Virus record (IMG/VR): IMGVR_UViG_3300020045_003199
Coordinates: 1 to 36,252 of that record
Reading direction: 5' to 3' (one strand)
Origin: a virus
Taxonomy: Duplodnaviria > Caudoviricetes
Length of the DNA: 36,252 nt
Each line of letters starts with the position of its first letter. Position 1 is the first letter of the stretch. This document shows positions 25,532 to 35,489 of this stretch, in pieces. The notes under the pieces are model-generated. The model did no database searches. It was not told where the DNA came from and saw only the letters and a program-made list of their open reading frames with translations. The position numbers were made by a program, and so were the translations under genes.

Positions 25532-25534
25532 ATT

Positions 25535-26959
25535 ATGTCAGATATATCCTACATAGATAAAAATAAAAACGCTACACCTGGAACCGCTCCAACATTATGG
25601 ACTGATTCAGATGCTAACGAAGTTAAAGCTGCTGTTAATACTAAAGTTGATAAGGTTACAGGTTCGGGTTTGATTGCAGATTCGGAAAAAGCAGCATACA
25701 ACGAGGCGATAAATACATTACAACAAGAAGTTGCAGCAATATCGGCAAGTACAACCGATATAACTATCGCAGCTTCAGATGCCACAGCAACAGAGAAAAC
25801 ACTTGCAACGTATGTTTGTGACGGTACAGCCGACGAGGTGCAATGGGCTTTGGCAAATACAGCAGCAGCAGGCAGGCCGGTTAAATTACTTGGCCGTACT
25901 TTTCAGATTGATAACGATATTATATTAACATCACATTTTCAGGGTATAGGTAATTCAAATGATCCAGGGGAAACCCGCATTGGGGTAGCTTCAACGGCTA
26001 CGATAAAATTACACTTTCCTGGCAATATTACAAACGTTCATATACTTAGTTCGGAAAGAACGAGTAACAGTCCGGCGTTAAAACTTGAAGTGCTACAAAC
26101 AACCGGTATTTATGAGTTTATGACCGGATTACTTCAGGGCGTAAGACTTTGGAGTGCAGATACGGGCGGCATAGGTTTGGAAATAAGTGTACAGGGCGGC
26201 GATGAGTTTCAGTTCATTTCGTTCTGTACTTTTGGGGATATAGGAGTTGCAAATTTTGATACAGGCGTAGTAATTAAGTGTTATGAATCGGGAGCCAATG
26301 CCGGATTTATAAACTCTAATACTTTCAATTCAATCATAACACACGGGTGTAATATACATATGTACATCGGTGCGTTATCAACGCCTGAGTTAAATATAGG
26401 ACAAGTTGCAGCTAATTGCTTTAAATCAGTACACATGCAATGTACAGCGAATTGTACTCAGGGAGTTTACATTTGTGATAATACAGGAACTTATAAAAAT
26501 TCAGGAAATCAGTTTTTAAGTTTTGAGGCTATGGATTGGACTGCTGTTCCTTCTATCAGGCTTGGTCTTGGCAACTTTGCTACACATGCAAGGGGATTTA
26601 TTGTTAATCCTGATTATAGTGGTAGAGCATCAGAAAACGACATAAGAAGCAACGAAAGCCAAATATTAACTAATGGCGGTACTGTTAATGTAACAGCAGC
26701 CGGAGTTTTAACAGTTAACGGTTCAGGCACTTATTTAGTAGGTTCGGAAACAGGGTTAAGCCAGTTTATTACTGAATTGTACGGGTGCAACTATGGTGAT
26801 ATAATTATACTCAGAAGGGCTACCGCCGGAGTTGTAATAAATGTAAGCACGTACATCGGATTGCAGACTGATTTCTTACTTTACGATGCTAAGGATTTAG
26901 TAATGCTGTTTAGTATTGGAGGAGCGCAATTTACTTTAATAGGTTCAAATAAAATATAA
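25535..26959 (+). CDS. Beta-helix (pectin-lyase-like) fibre or depolymerase
   Basis: IAASDA...YVCDGTADEVQ..A..GRPVKL.G.TF cap motif followed by N/G-rich beta-helix-like repeats. Confidence 0.65.
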   Translation: MSDISYIDKNKNATPGTAPTLWTDSDANEVKAAVNTKVDKVTGSGLIADSEKAAYNEAINTLQQEVAAISASTTDITIAASDATATEKTLATYVCDGTADEVQWALANTAAAGRPVKLLGRTFQIDNDIILTSHFQGIGNSNDPGETRIGVASTATIKLHFPGNITNVHILSSERTSNSPALKLEVLQTTGIYEFMTGLLQGVRLWSADTGGIGLEISVQGGDEFQFISFCTFGDIGVANFDTGVVIKCYESGANAGFINSNTFNSIITHGCNIHMYIGALSTPELNIGQVAANCFKSVHMQCTANCTQGVYICDNTGTYKNSGNQFLSFEAMDWTAVPSIRLGLGNFATHARGFIVNPDYSGRASENDIRSNESQILTNGGTVNVTAAGVLTVNGSGTYLVGSETGLSQFITELYGCNYGDIIILRRATAGVVINVSTYIGLQTDFLLYDAKDLVMLFSIGGAQFTLIGSNKI

Positions 26960-26979
26960 ACAACTAAATAAATAAAGCG

Positions 26980-27414
26980 ATGAGCAAAATTGATGGAAAT
27001 TTATTCCGTGTAAAAATCGGAACAGTTGCAATCGGGGGGACAACTTCGGTATCATACAGTATATCGAAGGACTTACAGGAAACTACTAACCAGGATTCAG
27101 CCGGTAATACTGAATACCACCCTACCGCCGGAAAGATTGGTATTAAAGGTTCCGCTGATGGGTTCTATGATCCTGACCACATCCTTAACGGTGAAGAGCT
27201 GATTGACAGGATTGTTAACAACAGTGGTTTGGCTACTATACAGGTAGGCCAGCAAGGAACCGGAAATACAAACGGCGTTTACTGGGAGTTTACCGGATTG
27301 TTTAGCGATGTTTCGATTGACGCTAAAAACGATTCAGTACCTACTATTAAGTTCTCGTTTGTTTCGTCCGGAACAATCACAAAGAAAATCTCAACAGGTT
27401 CAGCAGGTAGCTAA
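26980..27414 (+). CDS. Major tail (tube) protein
   Basis: ETTNQDSAG..GSADG..FTG..FSFVSSG; precedes the chaperones and tape measure. Confidence 0.85.
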   Translation: MSKIDGNLFRVKIGTVAIGGTTSVSYSISKDLQETTNQDSAGNTEYHPTAGKIGIKGSADGFYDPDHILNGEELIDRIVNNSGLATIQVGQQGTGNTNGVYWEFTGLFSDVSIDAKNDSVPTIKFSFVSSGTITKKISTGSAGS

Positions 27415-27416
27415 TT

Positions 27417-27761
27417 ATGTTCGGAGAAGTAACAGCGAATATCGGAGGTAAGATTCGTATCTTGCGTTTCAACTTGAACGCAAGGTATGAGTTTTGTAAG
27501 ATGCACAACATAACCGAACAGGAGGCGTTCAGTTTCTTTCATGATAAACTAAACGTTGAATCAATGCGTGATATGGCCTATTGTGCATTAAAGGCTTATG
27601 ATTTATCAGCCGGAAACCGTATTGATTATAATCAGTATACAGTCGGGGAGTGGATTTCTGAAATGGAACAGGAAGAATATGAAAATATGATGATGGGTTC
27701 TACTGATTCCAATGCAGTCACGAAAGAGGTAAAAAAAAAGCCGGTAAAGAATCGTACCTAA
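27417..27761 (+). CDS. Tail assembly chaperone (G-like)
   Basis: LRFNLNA motif; ends with a slippery A9G. Confidence 0.8.
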   Translation: MFGEVTANIGGKIRILRFNLNARYEFCKMHNITEQEAFSFFHDKLNVESMRDMAYCALKAYDLSAGNRIDYNQYTVGEWISEMEQEEYENMMMGSTDSNAVTKEVKKKPVKNRT

Positions 27762-28051
27762 GTTGGGATGAGTTGCAACAGTCCGCCGCAATGGCAGGCA
27801 TACAACCGGATGTATTTTGGCAGTTGACGTACAGGGATTTGCAGAACTATTTGGAAGGATACACAAAACGCAATAATGACGAATGGAGAAGGACACGTTT
27901 ACAGGCTTGGATAGTTTACGCAGCGAATACAGACGGCAAAGAGCGAAAGAGTTTAACTGAATGGCTACCGTTGCCAGGTGATGTAAAAGAGAAACCTCGA
28001 AGGCTAATGACTCGTAAACAATGGCAATTTATGAACACTAATTGGAACTGA
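27731..28051 (+). CDS. Tail assembly chaperone -1 frameshift extension (GT-like)
   Basis: A_AAA_AAG within the A9G run at 27731-27740; the -1 frame reads AGKESYLSWDELQQSAAMAGIQPDVFWQLT... Confidence 0.8.
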   Translation, partial: KKKAGKESYLSWDELQQSAAMAGIQPDVFWQLTYRDLQNYLEGYTKRNNDEWRRTRLQAWIVYAANTDGKERKSLTEWLPLPGDVKEKPRRLMTRKQWQFMNTNWN

Positions 28052-28052
28052 T

Positions 28053-29687
28053 ATGGCTAGCGTTGAGGAACTGTTAATTAAACTTACGGCGGATAACACA
28101 GACCTGAAACGGAAGTTAGGGGAGAGTGAGAAACAGGTAGGTGGGTTCGGTGGTGCGTTGAGAGGTATTGGTACTTTGGCTGTTGCAGGGTTTGCAGTGG
28201 CTGGAGTTGCTGCATTGGCATTTGGGAAACAGGCATTTAAAGCGGCTGAACAACAAGACCAAGCGAATAAACGGCTAATGTTTGCCGTTAAGAATAACGT
28301 TGTAGCTTTTAAGGAATTAACAGACCAAGCCGAAAAATTAAGAGACGCCACAGGGGTTGATGACGCTGCAATAATGCAGATTCAACAACTTGGTGCCAAT
28401 GCCGGATATTCAACCGATAAGATTAAGAAAGTTACTGAAGCCGCCGTTGAACTTGCAGCCGTTACAGGTCAGGATTTACAAGCCGCTTACATGCAAGCCA
28501 ATGCAACGTTTAACGGTTCTGCTGGAAGGTTAACAAGATTAGATGCTGAATTCGGAACGCTGACAAAAACACAGCTTGAAAACGGGGCCGCAATAGATTT
28601 AATCCTTACAAAATATAAAGGGTTTGCGGCAGCTTCAGCAACAGAAACACAGAAACTTTCATCTAATTGGGATGAATTCACAGAGCGTTTAGGCACGGTT
28701 ACACTTCCAGCTATTAATAGTTTCTTTGAGGCTGTTAATATGAGGTTCAGAATGTCGAGTGATGAGGCATTGAATTTCTGGCAAAAGTTAACCATGCCAG
28801 CACAAGCCTACGCCGATATAATGAGGCAGAAAGCAGCATTCGAAAATTCAGGTAAAACAGCAACTACTTATTACAGAAATTTATTAGGGGTTAATTCTGC
28901 TTTGAGCGGTATGAATGAACTATTAAAAATGGGTGATAAGAAAGGGGCGGTAATTACAAATGAAGATGTAAAGACAACTAAAGAAGCTACAAAAGAACTA
29001 TCAAACTATAAATCTATGGCCGTCCAAGTCTTTGAACTTTTCGGACGTGCCAAACCTCAATTATTAGTACCAACATTAACGGGGGACATATCGCCGTTAC
29101 AATCGAAAGGTATCACACAACCAGGCGACGGCTCAAAACTACAAGCCAGATGGCAAAACGAATTCGGGGCGGCTGTTAAAAAGACTAATTCAGAACTTCA
29201 AGCACAGATGCAATCCATGCAGCAGATGCAATCCATAATGACCGGATTCGGCGAGGCTGCTACGATGGCATTTGGTGAACAGTCGGCAGCGGCTAAGGCT
29301 TTTGCAGTCGGTCAGGTTATCGCTCAGGCTGCAATGGGTATTATGGGGACGTGGGCCGGATATGCTGAATTCGGGCCGGTGGGTACTGCGCTGGCAGTTG
29401 CTCAAACAGCCATGATCGGAGGGCTTGCTATTACACAGCTTGGAAACATCGCCGGAGCCTTTGCAAACGGTGGTATAGTTGGAGGCGGTTCAATGACAGG
29501 CGACCGGATGACGGCCCGGGTTAACTCCGGCGAAATGATACTGAACGGACGGCAACAATCTGAACTGTTCGCAATGGCTAACGGCATGGGAGGACGGCAA
29601 CAGGTGGAGGTAGTAGGGTATATTTCAGGCGACGTAATAAGGCTGGCAAACAAACGGAGTACATATATTGCTGATAAACGTGGATAA
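28053..29687 (+). CDS. Tape measure protein
   Basis: Ala/Gly-rich helical 544 aa; ELLIKLTAD start; FANGGIVGG..GD..ARVNSGEMILN C-terminus. Confidence 0.93.
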   Translation: MASVEELLIKLTADNTDLKRKLGESEKQVGGFGGALRGIGTLAVAGFAVAGVAALAFGKQAFKAAEQQDQANKRLMFAVKNNVVAFKELTDQAEKLRDATGVDDAAIMQIQQLGANAGYSTDKIKKVTEAAVELAAVTGQDLQAAYMQANATFNGSAGRLTRLDAEFGTLTKTQLENGAAIDLILTKYKGFAAASATETQKLSSNWDEFTERLGTVTLPAINSFFEAVNMRFRMSSDEALNFWQKLTMPAQAYADIMRQKAAFENSGKTATTYYRNLLGVNSALSGMNELLKMGDKKGAVITNEDVKTTKEATKELSNYKSMAVQVFELFGRAKPQLLVPTLTGDISPLQSKGITQPGDGSKLQARWQNEFGAAVKKTNSELQAQMQSMQQMQSIMTGFGEAATMAFGEQSAAAKAFAVGQVIAQAAMGIMGTWAGYAEFGPVGTALAVAQTAMIGGLAITQLGNIAGAFANGGIVGGGSMTGDRMTARVNSGEMILNGRQQSELFAMANGMGGRQQVEVVGYISGDVIRLANKRSTYIADKRG

Positions 29688-31981
29688 TGGCAGGAACGAC
29701 ACATTACAGATATATTTTCAAAGCTGATTCGGGTGAGACATGGAAAGTTGAGATACTGGATAATACCTATGTAGGAACAACTTTTACAACTGTTTACCCT
29801 GATTCGAGCGGATTCATTATGTCGTGGGAAGATGCAGGCGAAGATGTTTATAAGCCTATTTTAGCAAGTGAATTTTCAGCGGGGTTGTTTCGTGATGCTA
29901 ATATTCGGGCATTATTGGATAAGATTATAGAAGGCCCGGAATGTAGGTTCTCAATATTAATTTACAAATTAATATCAGCTGTTTATACTCGATTCTGGCA
30001 GGGTTTTCTTTTGCAGGATTCATTAATGAAACCGGATGCCGCCGATAATACCGACCTGATAACAATAAAGGGGAATGACGGTTTCGGGTTGCTTAAAAAC
30101 GTTGATTATGTCTATGCAGATATTGACAACCTGACACGGTTTGCGTATAACGATTGGATGTATAAAATAGGGTTATCACTACCACTGACAACCATATCAC
30201 CGGATGATGCGTTATTCGCTTTTGCTTCGGTATGGTACGAGGCTCAACAATCATCATCCGTAATACCAACGCCACAGCTAGCCGACCCGATAGGGAACAC
30301 TTACATTAGTGAGGCTGCATTCATTGAAGTGGACGATTACGGGGTAATAAAAACTAAGTCTTTATATGACATCCTAAACGCTTTACTTTCACTGCACAAT
30401 TTACAGATGTCGCAATGGAATGGCAAGTACCTGATTATCCAACAGAATACATATGCACAGGCACAGACCCGGGCATGGTACTATTCGAATGACGGTAGTT
30501 ATATTGATACTGAAATAATCGACTTACAGGCAACGATGCCGGACCGATTTACGGCGGGGCAGTTTAATTATATTTTGCCAGCGAAGAAAGTAACAACGGA
30601 GTATGAATATCGGGAAGGGATTTACGATAACAACCTGTTACCGAACAATGTAAACGAAGCAACTAATTATACACTTGGTTTATCAGTTCAGAATTCTGAT
30701 ATTAGAATAACCGGAAAGATAGAGACTATTTACAACGGTTCGGGAGGTACACTTGCACAGATTCAGGCCATTTATAAACTTGTTATTAAGAACGGTACTA
30801 AATACCTGAATCAAAACGCATCCGGAGAACAGGAATGGACTACTTCATCCGGTAATTATGTTCCGATTTATACCCGTAACTTTAAATCTGATTATGCCGG
30901 AGACCAGCGAATTATTACCGATGTTGCTATTACGGCAACCTTACCGGAAGAAGGCGAAACGATAACTTTCAGTTATACTTTTTATCGTTTAGAGAATTAC
31001 GGCGAAGGTACGGCATGGAGTGATGTCGGATGTACTTACACTATCTCGCACGATGATATTGAAGGTTCATTTATTGCCCGTGTTGATTCAGGCGAACCGA
31101 TGCAAGGAAAAGCATTATATGAATCGACAGCATCAAACGGGGCGCGTTCAGATATTGAACTTGAAAACATTTATCTGGGTGATGGGATTAACAAATATAG
31201 TGCAGGTTGTGTGTTTGTTCGCACGGGTGCGCTGGCAATAGTTCAGTCCGAAAATTGGAGTATCTATTCTGAAATAGGAAGTTTTGCAGAATCAATTAAC
31301 ACGCTTCGATGCCGTGAACGTTTAGCACTTCAGAACAATACAATTCAAACCTATATGGGTTCATTCAAAGGCGAACCGAACATACATAAAGGTTTTGTTT
31401 GGGGTGGTTTGTATTGGGCTTGGATGGGTGTTACCTGGGACTGCTCGAATGATAGGTATTCCGGAATGTTGATGGCCATTACCTTAGACCGTGCAGATAC
31501 AGCGGTAAGTACTCCGGTTATAGCTACCGATGATACAAGTTCAGGGAGTTCAATAGGTGGAGGTAGTAACACTGTTGCAGATTCACATAACAGGTTGCAT
31601 AATATTTTTAACACCTCAGACCACTCCGGAACCGGTGGCACAGCGAAGGCCACAATAGTTGACGCTGATTCAGTCGTAATAATAGACAGCGAAGACGGAA
31701 GCAAGGTTAAACGCTCTTTATGGAGTACCATAAAAGGTGCGATGCAAACATATCTGGAACCGATATGGCAGGCGTTAACATGGAAAATTAGTATCGATAC
31801 AGGCACACCTGTTGAAATAGGAATGTCAACAGCTACAACCGGATATACTTCATTAAAATTAAAATCCGGAACAAATGTAACTATTACTGAGGCATCGGGA
31901 ATTGATGATTCGTTAGAAGTTACAATATCAGCAGCAACAACAGCACCAATCGGCATGATAATATTCACTTATACAGTTTAA
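29687..31981 (+). CDS. Tail tip/baseplate hub protein
   Basis: Follows the tape measure; KPILAS, FWQGFL and DGFGLLK motifs. Confidence 0.7.
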   Translation: MAGTTHYRYIFKADSGETWKVEILDNTYVGTTFTTVYPDSSGFIMSWEDAGEDVYKPILASEFSAGLFRDANIRALLDKIIEGPECRFSILIYKLISAVYTRFWQGFLLQDSLMKPDAADNTDLITIKGNDGFGLLKNVDYVYADIDNLTRFAYNDWMYKIGLSLPLTTISPDDALFAFASVWYEAQQSSSVIPTPQLADPIGNTYISEAAFIEVDDYGVIKTKSLYDILNALLSLHNLQMSQWNGKYLIIQQNTYAQAQTRAWYYSNDGSYIDTEIIDLQATMPDRFTAGQFNYILPAKKVTTEYEYREGIYDNNLLPNNVNEATNYTLGLSVQNSDIRITGKIETIYNGSGGTLAQIQAIYKLVIKNGTKYLNQNASGEQEWTTSSGNYVPIYTRNFKSDYAGDQRIITDVAITATLPEEGETITFSYTFYRLENYGEGTAWSDVGCTYTISHDDIEGSFIARVDSGEPMQGKALYESTASNGARSDIELENIYLGDGINKYSAGCVFVRTGALAIVQSENWSIYSEIGSFAESINTLRCRERLALQNNTIQTYMGSFKGEPNIHKGFVWGGLYWAWMGVTWDCSNDRYSGMLMAITLDRADTAVSTPVIATDDTSSGSSIGGGSNTVADSHNRLHNIFNTSDHSGTGGTAKATIVDADSVVIIDSEDGSKVKRSLWSTIKGAMQTYLEPIWQALTWKISIDTGTPVEIGMSTATTGYTSLKLKSGTNVTITEASGIDDSLEVTISAATTAPIGMIIFTYTV

Positions 31982-31984
31982 AAA

Positions 31985-32419
31985 ATGGCAACAAACACAA
32001 TTCCAATTTACACAAGAGGCGGACAAATTTCGTGGTCCGGTGATTTAAAAACAGCAAACACGGCAAAGGACGGAACCGGAACAGTTGAAACAATATTTAC
32101 AGCCGGAGCCGATGGGGCGAGGGTTGAACGTGTCAGGGTTCGGGCATTAGGTACTAATGTCGCAACTGTTTTAAGGTTGTTTATTAATAATGGAAGCGCA
32201 AACTCAACAGCTGCAAACAACACGCTATATGCTGAAATGACAATAGCAGCAACAACACTTTCAGAAACGGCGGCTTTGTTAAATACTAATGAGTTTCCTA
32301 ATGCTACCGACTACACAGCGTTTCCTATTGTATTACCAGCCGGTTATAAACTACTTGCGACGGTAGGTACAACAATAGCAGCCGGGTTAAGAGTTACAGC
32401 GATAGGCGGAACGTACTAA
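31985..32419 (+). CDS. Tail-associated structural protein
   Basis: Thr/Ala/Gly-rich (TANTAKDGTG..VLRLFINNG..LPAGYKL). Confidence 0.6.
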   Translation: MATNTIPIYTRGGQISWSGDLKTANTAKDGTGTVETIFTAGADGARVERVRVRALGTNVATVLRLFINNGSANSTAANNTLYAEMTIAATTLSETAALLNTNEFPNATDYTAFPIVLPAGYKLLATVGTTIAAGLRVTAIGGTY

Positions 32420-32431
32420 AACAACTGAATT

Positions 32432-33451
32432 ATGCAATACTCCGATATGAATGGTTTTCCAGAATCGGGCTTTCCGGTTTTAGCTGACTTCAATGATCGT
32501 ATAGTTTTGAATGCTTTGTATTCGGCACCGGCACGGATTGACGGGTATATCCTTGATTTGCTAGGTAATAGCCGTTTACTTGGGGCTTTGGTTTTATCGG
32601 GTGCAATGTCAGGTGTTACTTCAATTTCAATGAATGGTGCTTTATCCGGTGCTTCAACTATTGCAGCCAGCGGTAATGTAACTTTATCGGCTGGGAACTT
32701 GCTGTTAACGGCTGGTAATATTAAAATGATTGGTGAGATTTCGGATAATTTAGCACGTGTTAAAAAACTTTGGCTTAAAGATTTAGATTTAGTAAACAGA
32801 CCAACGATAGGGGAGGATTTTGTTGCATTACTAAGCGATTTACAAGCAGTCGATTATGAGAAATGGAAACTGGCGTGGTACAACGCTGGAAGTGATGCTA
32901 CTGAATTATTCGACATACTTAGTACAAAATCTTATGAACTTGCAGCCGGAGATAATATAACAATAGATCAACCAACAGTTTCAGGCGATACAACTACACA
33001 AACAATTCATGCGATAGCACCGGTAACACTTGCTAAATTCTATGCTGATTCGGGTAATGTTTCGACGGGAGTAACGGATTCATATAGTTATACTTTGCCG
33101 GCCAATACTTTAACATCAAACGGGCAAAGGCTAGAAATGAGTTATTCAGGATTTTTAGCAAATAATGGCAATAGTAAAACTATGAATGTTTTATTCGGTT
33201 CTACATCAATATCCGGATTAATTACATCAGCAGCAAATACAGGATGGCAATTTAAAATAACATTAATAAGGGTAACAAGCAGTACGATAAGAGTTGAGTT
33301 TGGATTAATTGCTTCAGGCGTTTATTATCCTGCTCCTTTTGATTTTAGCTCGATAAACTTTACAACTACAAACGTTATCAAACTTACCTTACAAGGCGGT
33401 GCAACTAATGATACAGTTGCAAAAATGGCTACTATTGTTTATTGGCCTTAA
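32432..33451 (+). CDS. Tail fibre-like protein
   Basis: LSGA repeats; C-terminal YTLPANTL..NG beta-sandwich-like region. Confidence 0.6.
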   Translation: MQYSDMNGFPESGFPVLADFNDRIVLNALYSAPARIDGYILDLLGNSRLLGALVLSGAMSGVTSISMNGALSGASTIAASGNVTLSAGNLLLTAGNIKMIGEISDNLARVKKLWLKDLDLVNRPTIGEDFVALLSDLQAVDYEKWKLAWYNAGSDATELFDILSTKSYELAAGDNITIDQPTVSGDTTTQTIHAIAPVTLAKFYADSGNVSTGVTDSYSYTLPANTLTSNGQRLEMSYSGFLANNGNSKTMNVLFGSTSISGLITSAANTGWQFKITLIRVTSSTIRVEFGLIASGVYYPAPFDFSSINFTTTNVIKLTLQGGATNDTVAKMATIVYWP

Positions 33452-33454
33452 ATT

Positions 33455-33497
33455 TTGTTAACAATCTGAACAAACGCATATAAATACTTTAATTTTG
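33455..33497 (+). promoter_or_regulatory. Class-A late promoter: TTGTTAACA plus TAATTTTG
   Basis: Box at 33455-33463, -7 element at 33490-33497 (35-nt offset); ATG at 33503. Confidence 0.65.
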
Positions 33498-33502
33498 TCT
33501 CT

Positions 33503-33853
33503 ATGTACTCAATAGACTATATTAATCTGATTTGCACCGACCTGGAAATAACCGACACTCACGAATATGAGATTGACGGTATTAACGCGATATGTGTAGC
33601 TTTGGGGGGAACTGCTCACAAGTACAACATAGACGCGCTTAATGATATTTGTACACTGATGGGTTATACAGGTGGTTGTAAGTACAACATTCAGGCACTT
33701 AACACGATTGTTGTCGGTGGTACATACGAATACGAAAATCAGGCATGGAAAGACATTCAGCAGGGGGCAAAGGTTAGTTCATTTTCATTAAAAGATTCAG
33801 AAGGGTTTACATTAGTTGATTCAGAAGGATTTTATTTAAAAGTTAAAAGTTAA
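33503..33853 (+). CDS. Hypothetical protein with internal Y.I..(I/L)N.IC repeats
   Basis: IDYINLIC, IDGINAIC, IDALNDIC and IQALNTI; C-terminal DSEGF twice. Confidence 0.7.
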   Translation: MYSIDYINLICTDLEITDTHEYEIDGINAICVALGGTAHKYNIDALNDICTLMGYTGGCKYNIQALNTIVVGGTYEYENQAWKDIQQGAKVSSFSLKDSEGFTLVDSEGFYLKVKS

Positions 33854-33858
33854 AAATC

Positions 33859-34983
33859 ATGGCAGATAAAACACTAACAAAAACAGCAGCCCAAATAGAT
33901 GTAATTCTTGGAGCTATAAATGTCTCTAATCAAACAAACTTTGTTAAGTCCCTATTTATCGGTGATGGGGGTACGCATGTTGACAATACCGGAACCGATG
34001 CAGGCGATTATAATTTAATCGTAGGAATGGGAGCCGGAGCAGCACAAACCATTGCAAAGCGTAATACTTTGGTAGGTGCTAATGCGGGGGCTGCTATCAC
34101 TTCCGGATGGGCTAATACATTCGTTGGATCAGGCGCAGGTGCAACCGGTGTCGGAACCGGCAGTCTTGACGTTTCGGGCAATGGCGGTGAGTTTTATGCA
34201 AATACAGCCGTAGGGGAGGGAAGTATGGGAGTTGCCACTATTGCCAGTTATAACACCGCATTAGGCACTAACACTCTTACAAAACTAACAGAAGGTCATA
34301 ATAATGTCGCAATAGGGGTGCATGCACTTAATGAAAATTTAGTTGGTGATGCAAATGTAGCAATCGGAAGAAACGCACTTTATAACAATACAGGTGATTA
34401 CTGTGTTGCAGTTGGAGCTAATGCCGGACAGAACCATGCAAGCGCAGGAAGTATAACAGCTTTTGGCTATGCAGCAGGACAAAAAAACAATAACATCGGA
34501 GCAAATACATATTTTGGATATATGGCCGGGGTTGAAAATGTAGCTGGCTATCAAAACACATTTATTGGTTATCAGGCTGGATTAAGTTCAACTGGTAAAA
34601 ATCAATATTACAATACTATTATAGGTCATCAGGCCGGATTTTCAGCAGGGAATTGTGAGGGAAACACTTATATAGGTGTTTCGGCTGGCTATACTAAAAC
34701 AACCGGAGATTATAATACCTTCATTGGTTACGATGCCGGGAAAAATGGTTCACAGTTAGCAACGGCAGCTAATTCAACAGGAATAGGTAACGGTGCATAT
34801 ACAACCGCTTCAAATCAAATTGTTTTTGGTAATTCATCAGTTACAGATACTTACTTCGGTTCAGTTTCGGGGGCTTCAAAAATCTATGCAAGTAAAGCAA
34901 GATTTACAGCAATTCCGACAAGTGCAAGCGGATTAAGTGCGGGTGATATTTGGAGCGATTCAGGAACATTAAAAATAGTATAA
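33859..34983 (+). CDS. Fibre/receptor-binding protein with YadA-head-like beta-roll repeats
   Basis: Many ~14-aa NTxxGxxAG/NVAIG repeats; C-terminal LSAGDIWSDSGTLKI. Confidence 0.8.
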   Translation: MADKTLTKTAAQIDVILGAINVSNQTNFVKSLFIGDGGTHVDNTGTDAGDYNLIVGMGAGAAQTIAKRNTLVGANAGAAITSGWANTFVGSGAGATGVGTGSLDVSGNGGEFYANTAVGEGSMGVATIASYNTALGTNTLTKLTEGHNNVAIGVHALNENLVGDANVAIGRNALYNNTGDYCVAVGANAGQNHASAGSITAFGYAAGQKNNNIGANTYFGYMAGVENVAGYQNTFIGYQAGLSSTGKNQYYNTIIGHQAGFSAGNCEGNTYIGVSAGYTKTTGDYNTFIGYDAGKNGSQLATAANSTGIGNGAYTTASNQIVFGNSSVTDTYFGSVSGASKIYASKARFTAIPTSASGLSAGDIWSDSGTLKIV

Positions 34984-35141
34984 TGATAAAATACGAATTA
35001 ACACCGGAAAAAGTAAATCTGATCCTAAAGGGATTGTTAAAACTTCCTGCTGAGGAATCAATGCAGTTAATTTTAGAATTGCAAACAGAAGGACAAAGAC
35101 AATTTGAGGAGCAAAACAAACTAAAAGTAACGCAAAAATAA
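34983..35141 (+). CDS. Small protein (possible fibre chaperone)
   Basis: LTPEKVNLILKGLLKLP..S..LI..LQ..Q; TAATG-coupled; start reassigned to 34983. Confidence 0.65.
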   Translation: MIKYELTPEKVNLILKGLLKLPAEESMQLILELQTEGQRQFEEQNKLKVTQK

Positions 35142-35372
35142 TTTTAATTCATTTCTCATGCGAGTTCTGAAATCATTGTCAACAGATGGGTTATTAGGAA
35201 CCAATTTACATGGTTCACTTAATGACACTCCGGCACTTTCGCCGATTGCAATGTTATTGTTTTTAGAAACTCCTGATTCTAAACCTACTGATTTTGATTT
35301 ACCCATAATAAAAACCAATCCCGCTAATAATACAATGCGATCCAGTTGCCCAGGTTTGGGTATAGGTTGCAT
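35121..35372 (-). CDS. Possible counter-oriented small gene (moron-like)
   Basis: 83-aa ORF with a hydrophobic stretch; a TATCTTTG element on the minus strand at 35422-35429. Confidence 0.35.
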   Translation of the reverse strand: MQPIPKPGQLDRIVLLAGLVFIMGKSKSVGLESGVSKNNNIAIGESAGVSLSEPCKLVPNNPSVDNDFRTRMRNELKLFLRYF

Positions 35373-35489
35373 ATTAGCGGAATTGGATTTAAGATTTTCA
35401 TTTGTTAACTGAATCGCCTTACAAAGATATATATAAAAATGCGATTTTCGACAAAATGATAAAAATAAATTTAGTACAACACGAACATT

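Noticed and set aside
27212-27220. TTGTTAACA in the tail tube gene (and a reverse box at 23256) as additional class-A promoters
   Set aside because: No -7 element at the 35-36 nt offset
31351-31968. 205-aa minus-strand ORF and other antisense or alternate-frame ORFs inside structural and replication genes (also 717-956, 2786-2992, 35158-35412)
   Set aside because: Mostly shadow frames of well-supported genes; none has a recognisable motif or expression signal
33859-35412. Diversity-generating retroelement or invertible tail-fibre cassette
   Set aside because: No reverse transcriptase or invertase, no adenine-variant template/variable repeat pair and no flanking inverted repeats seen
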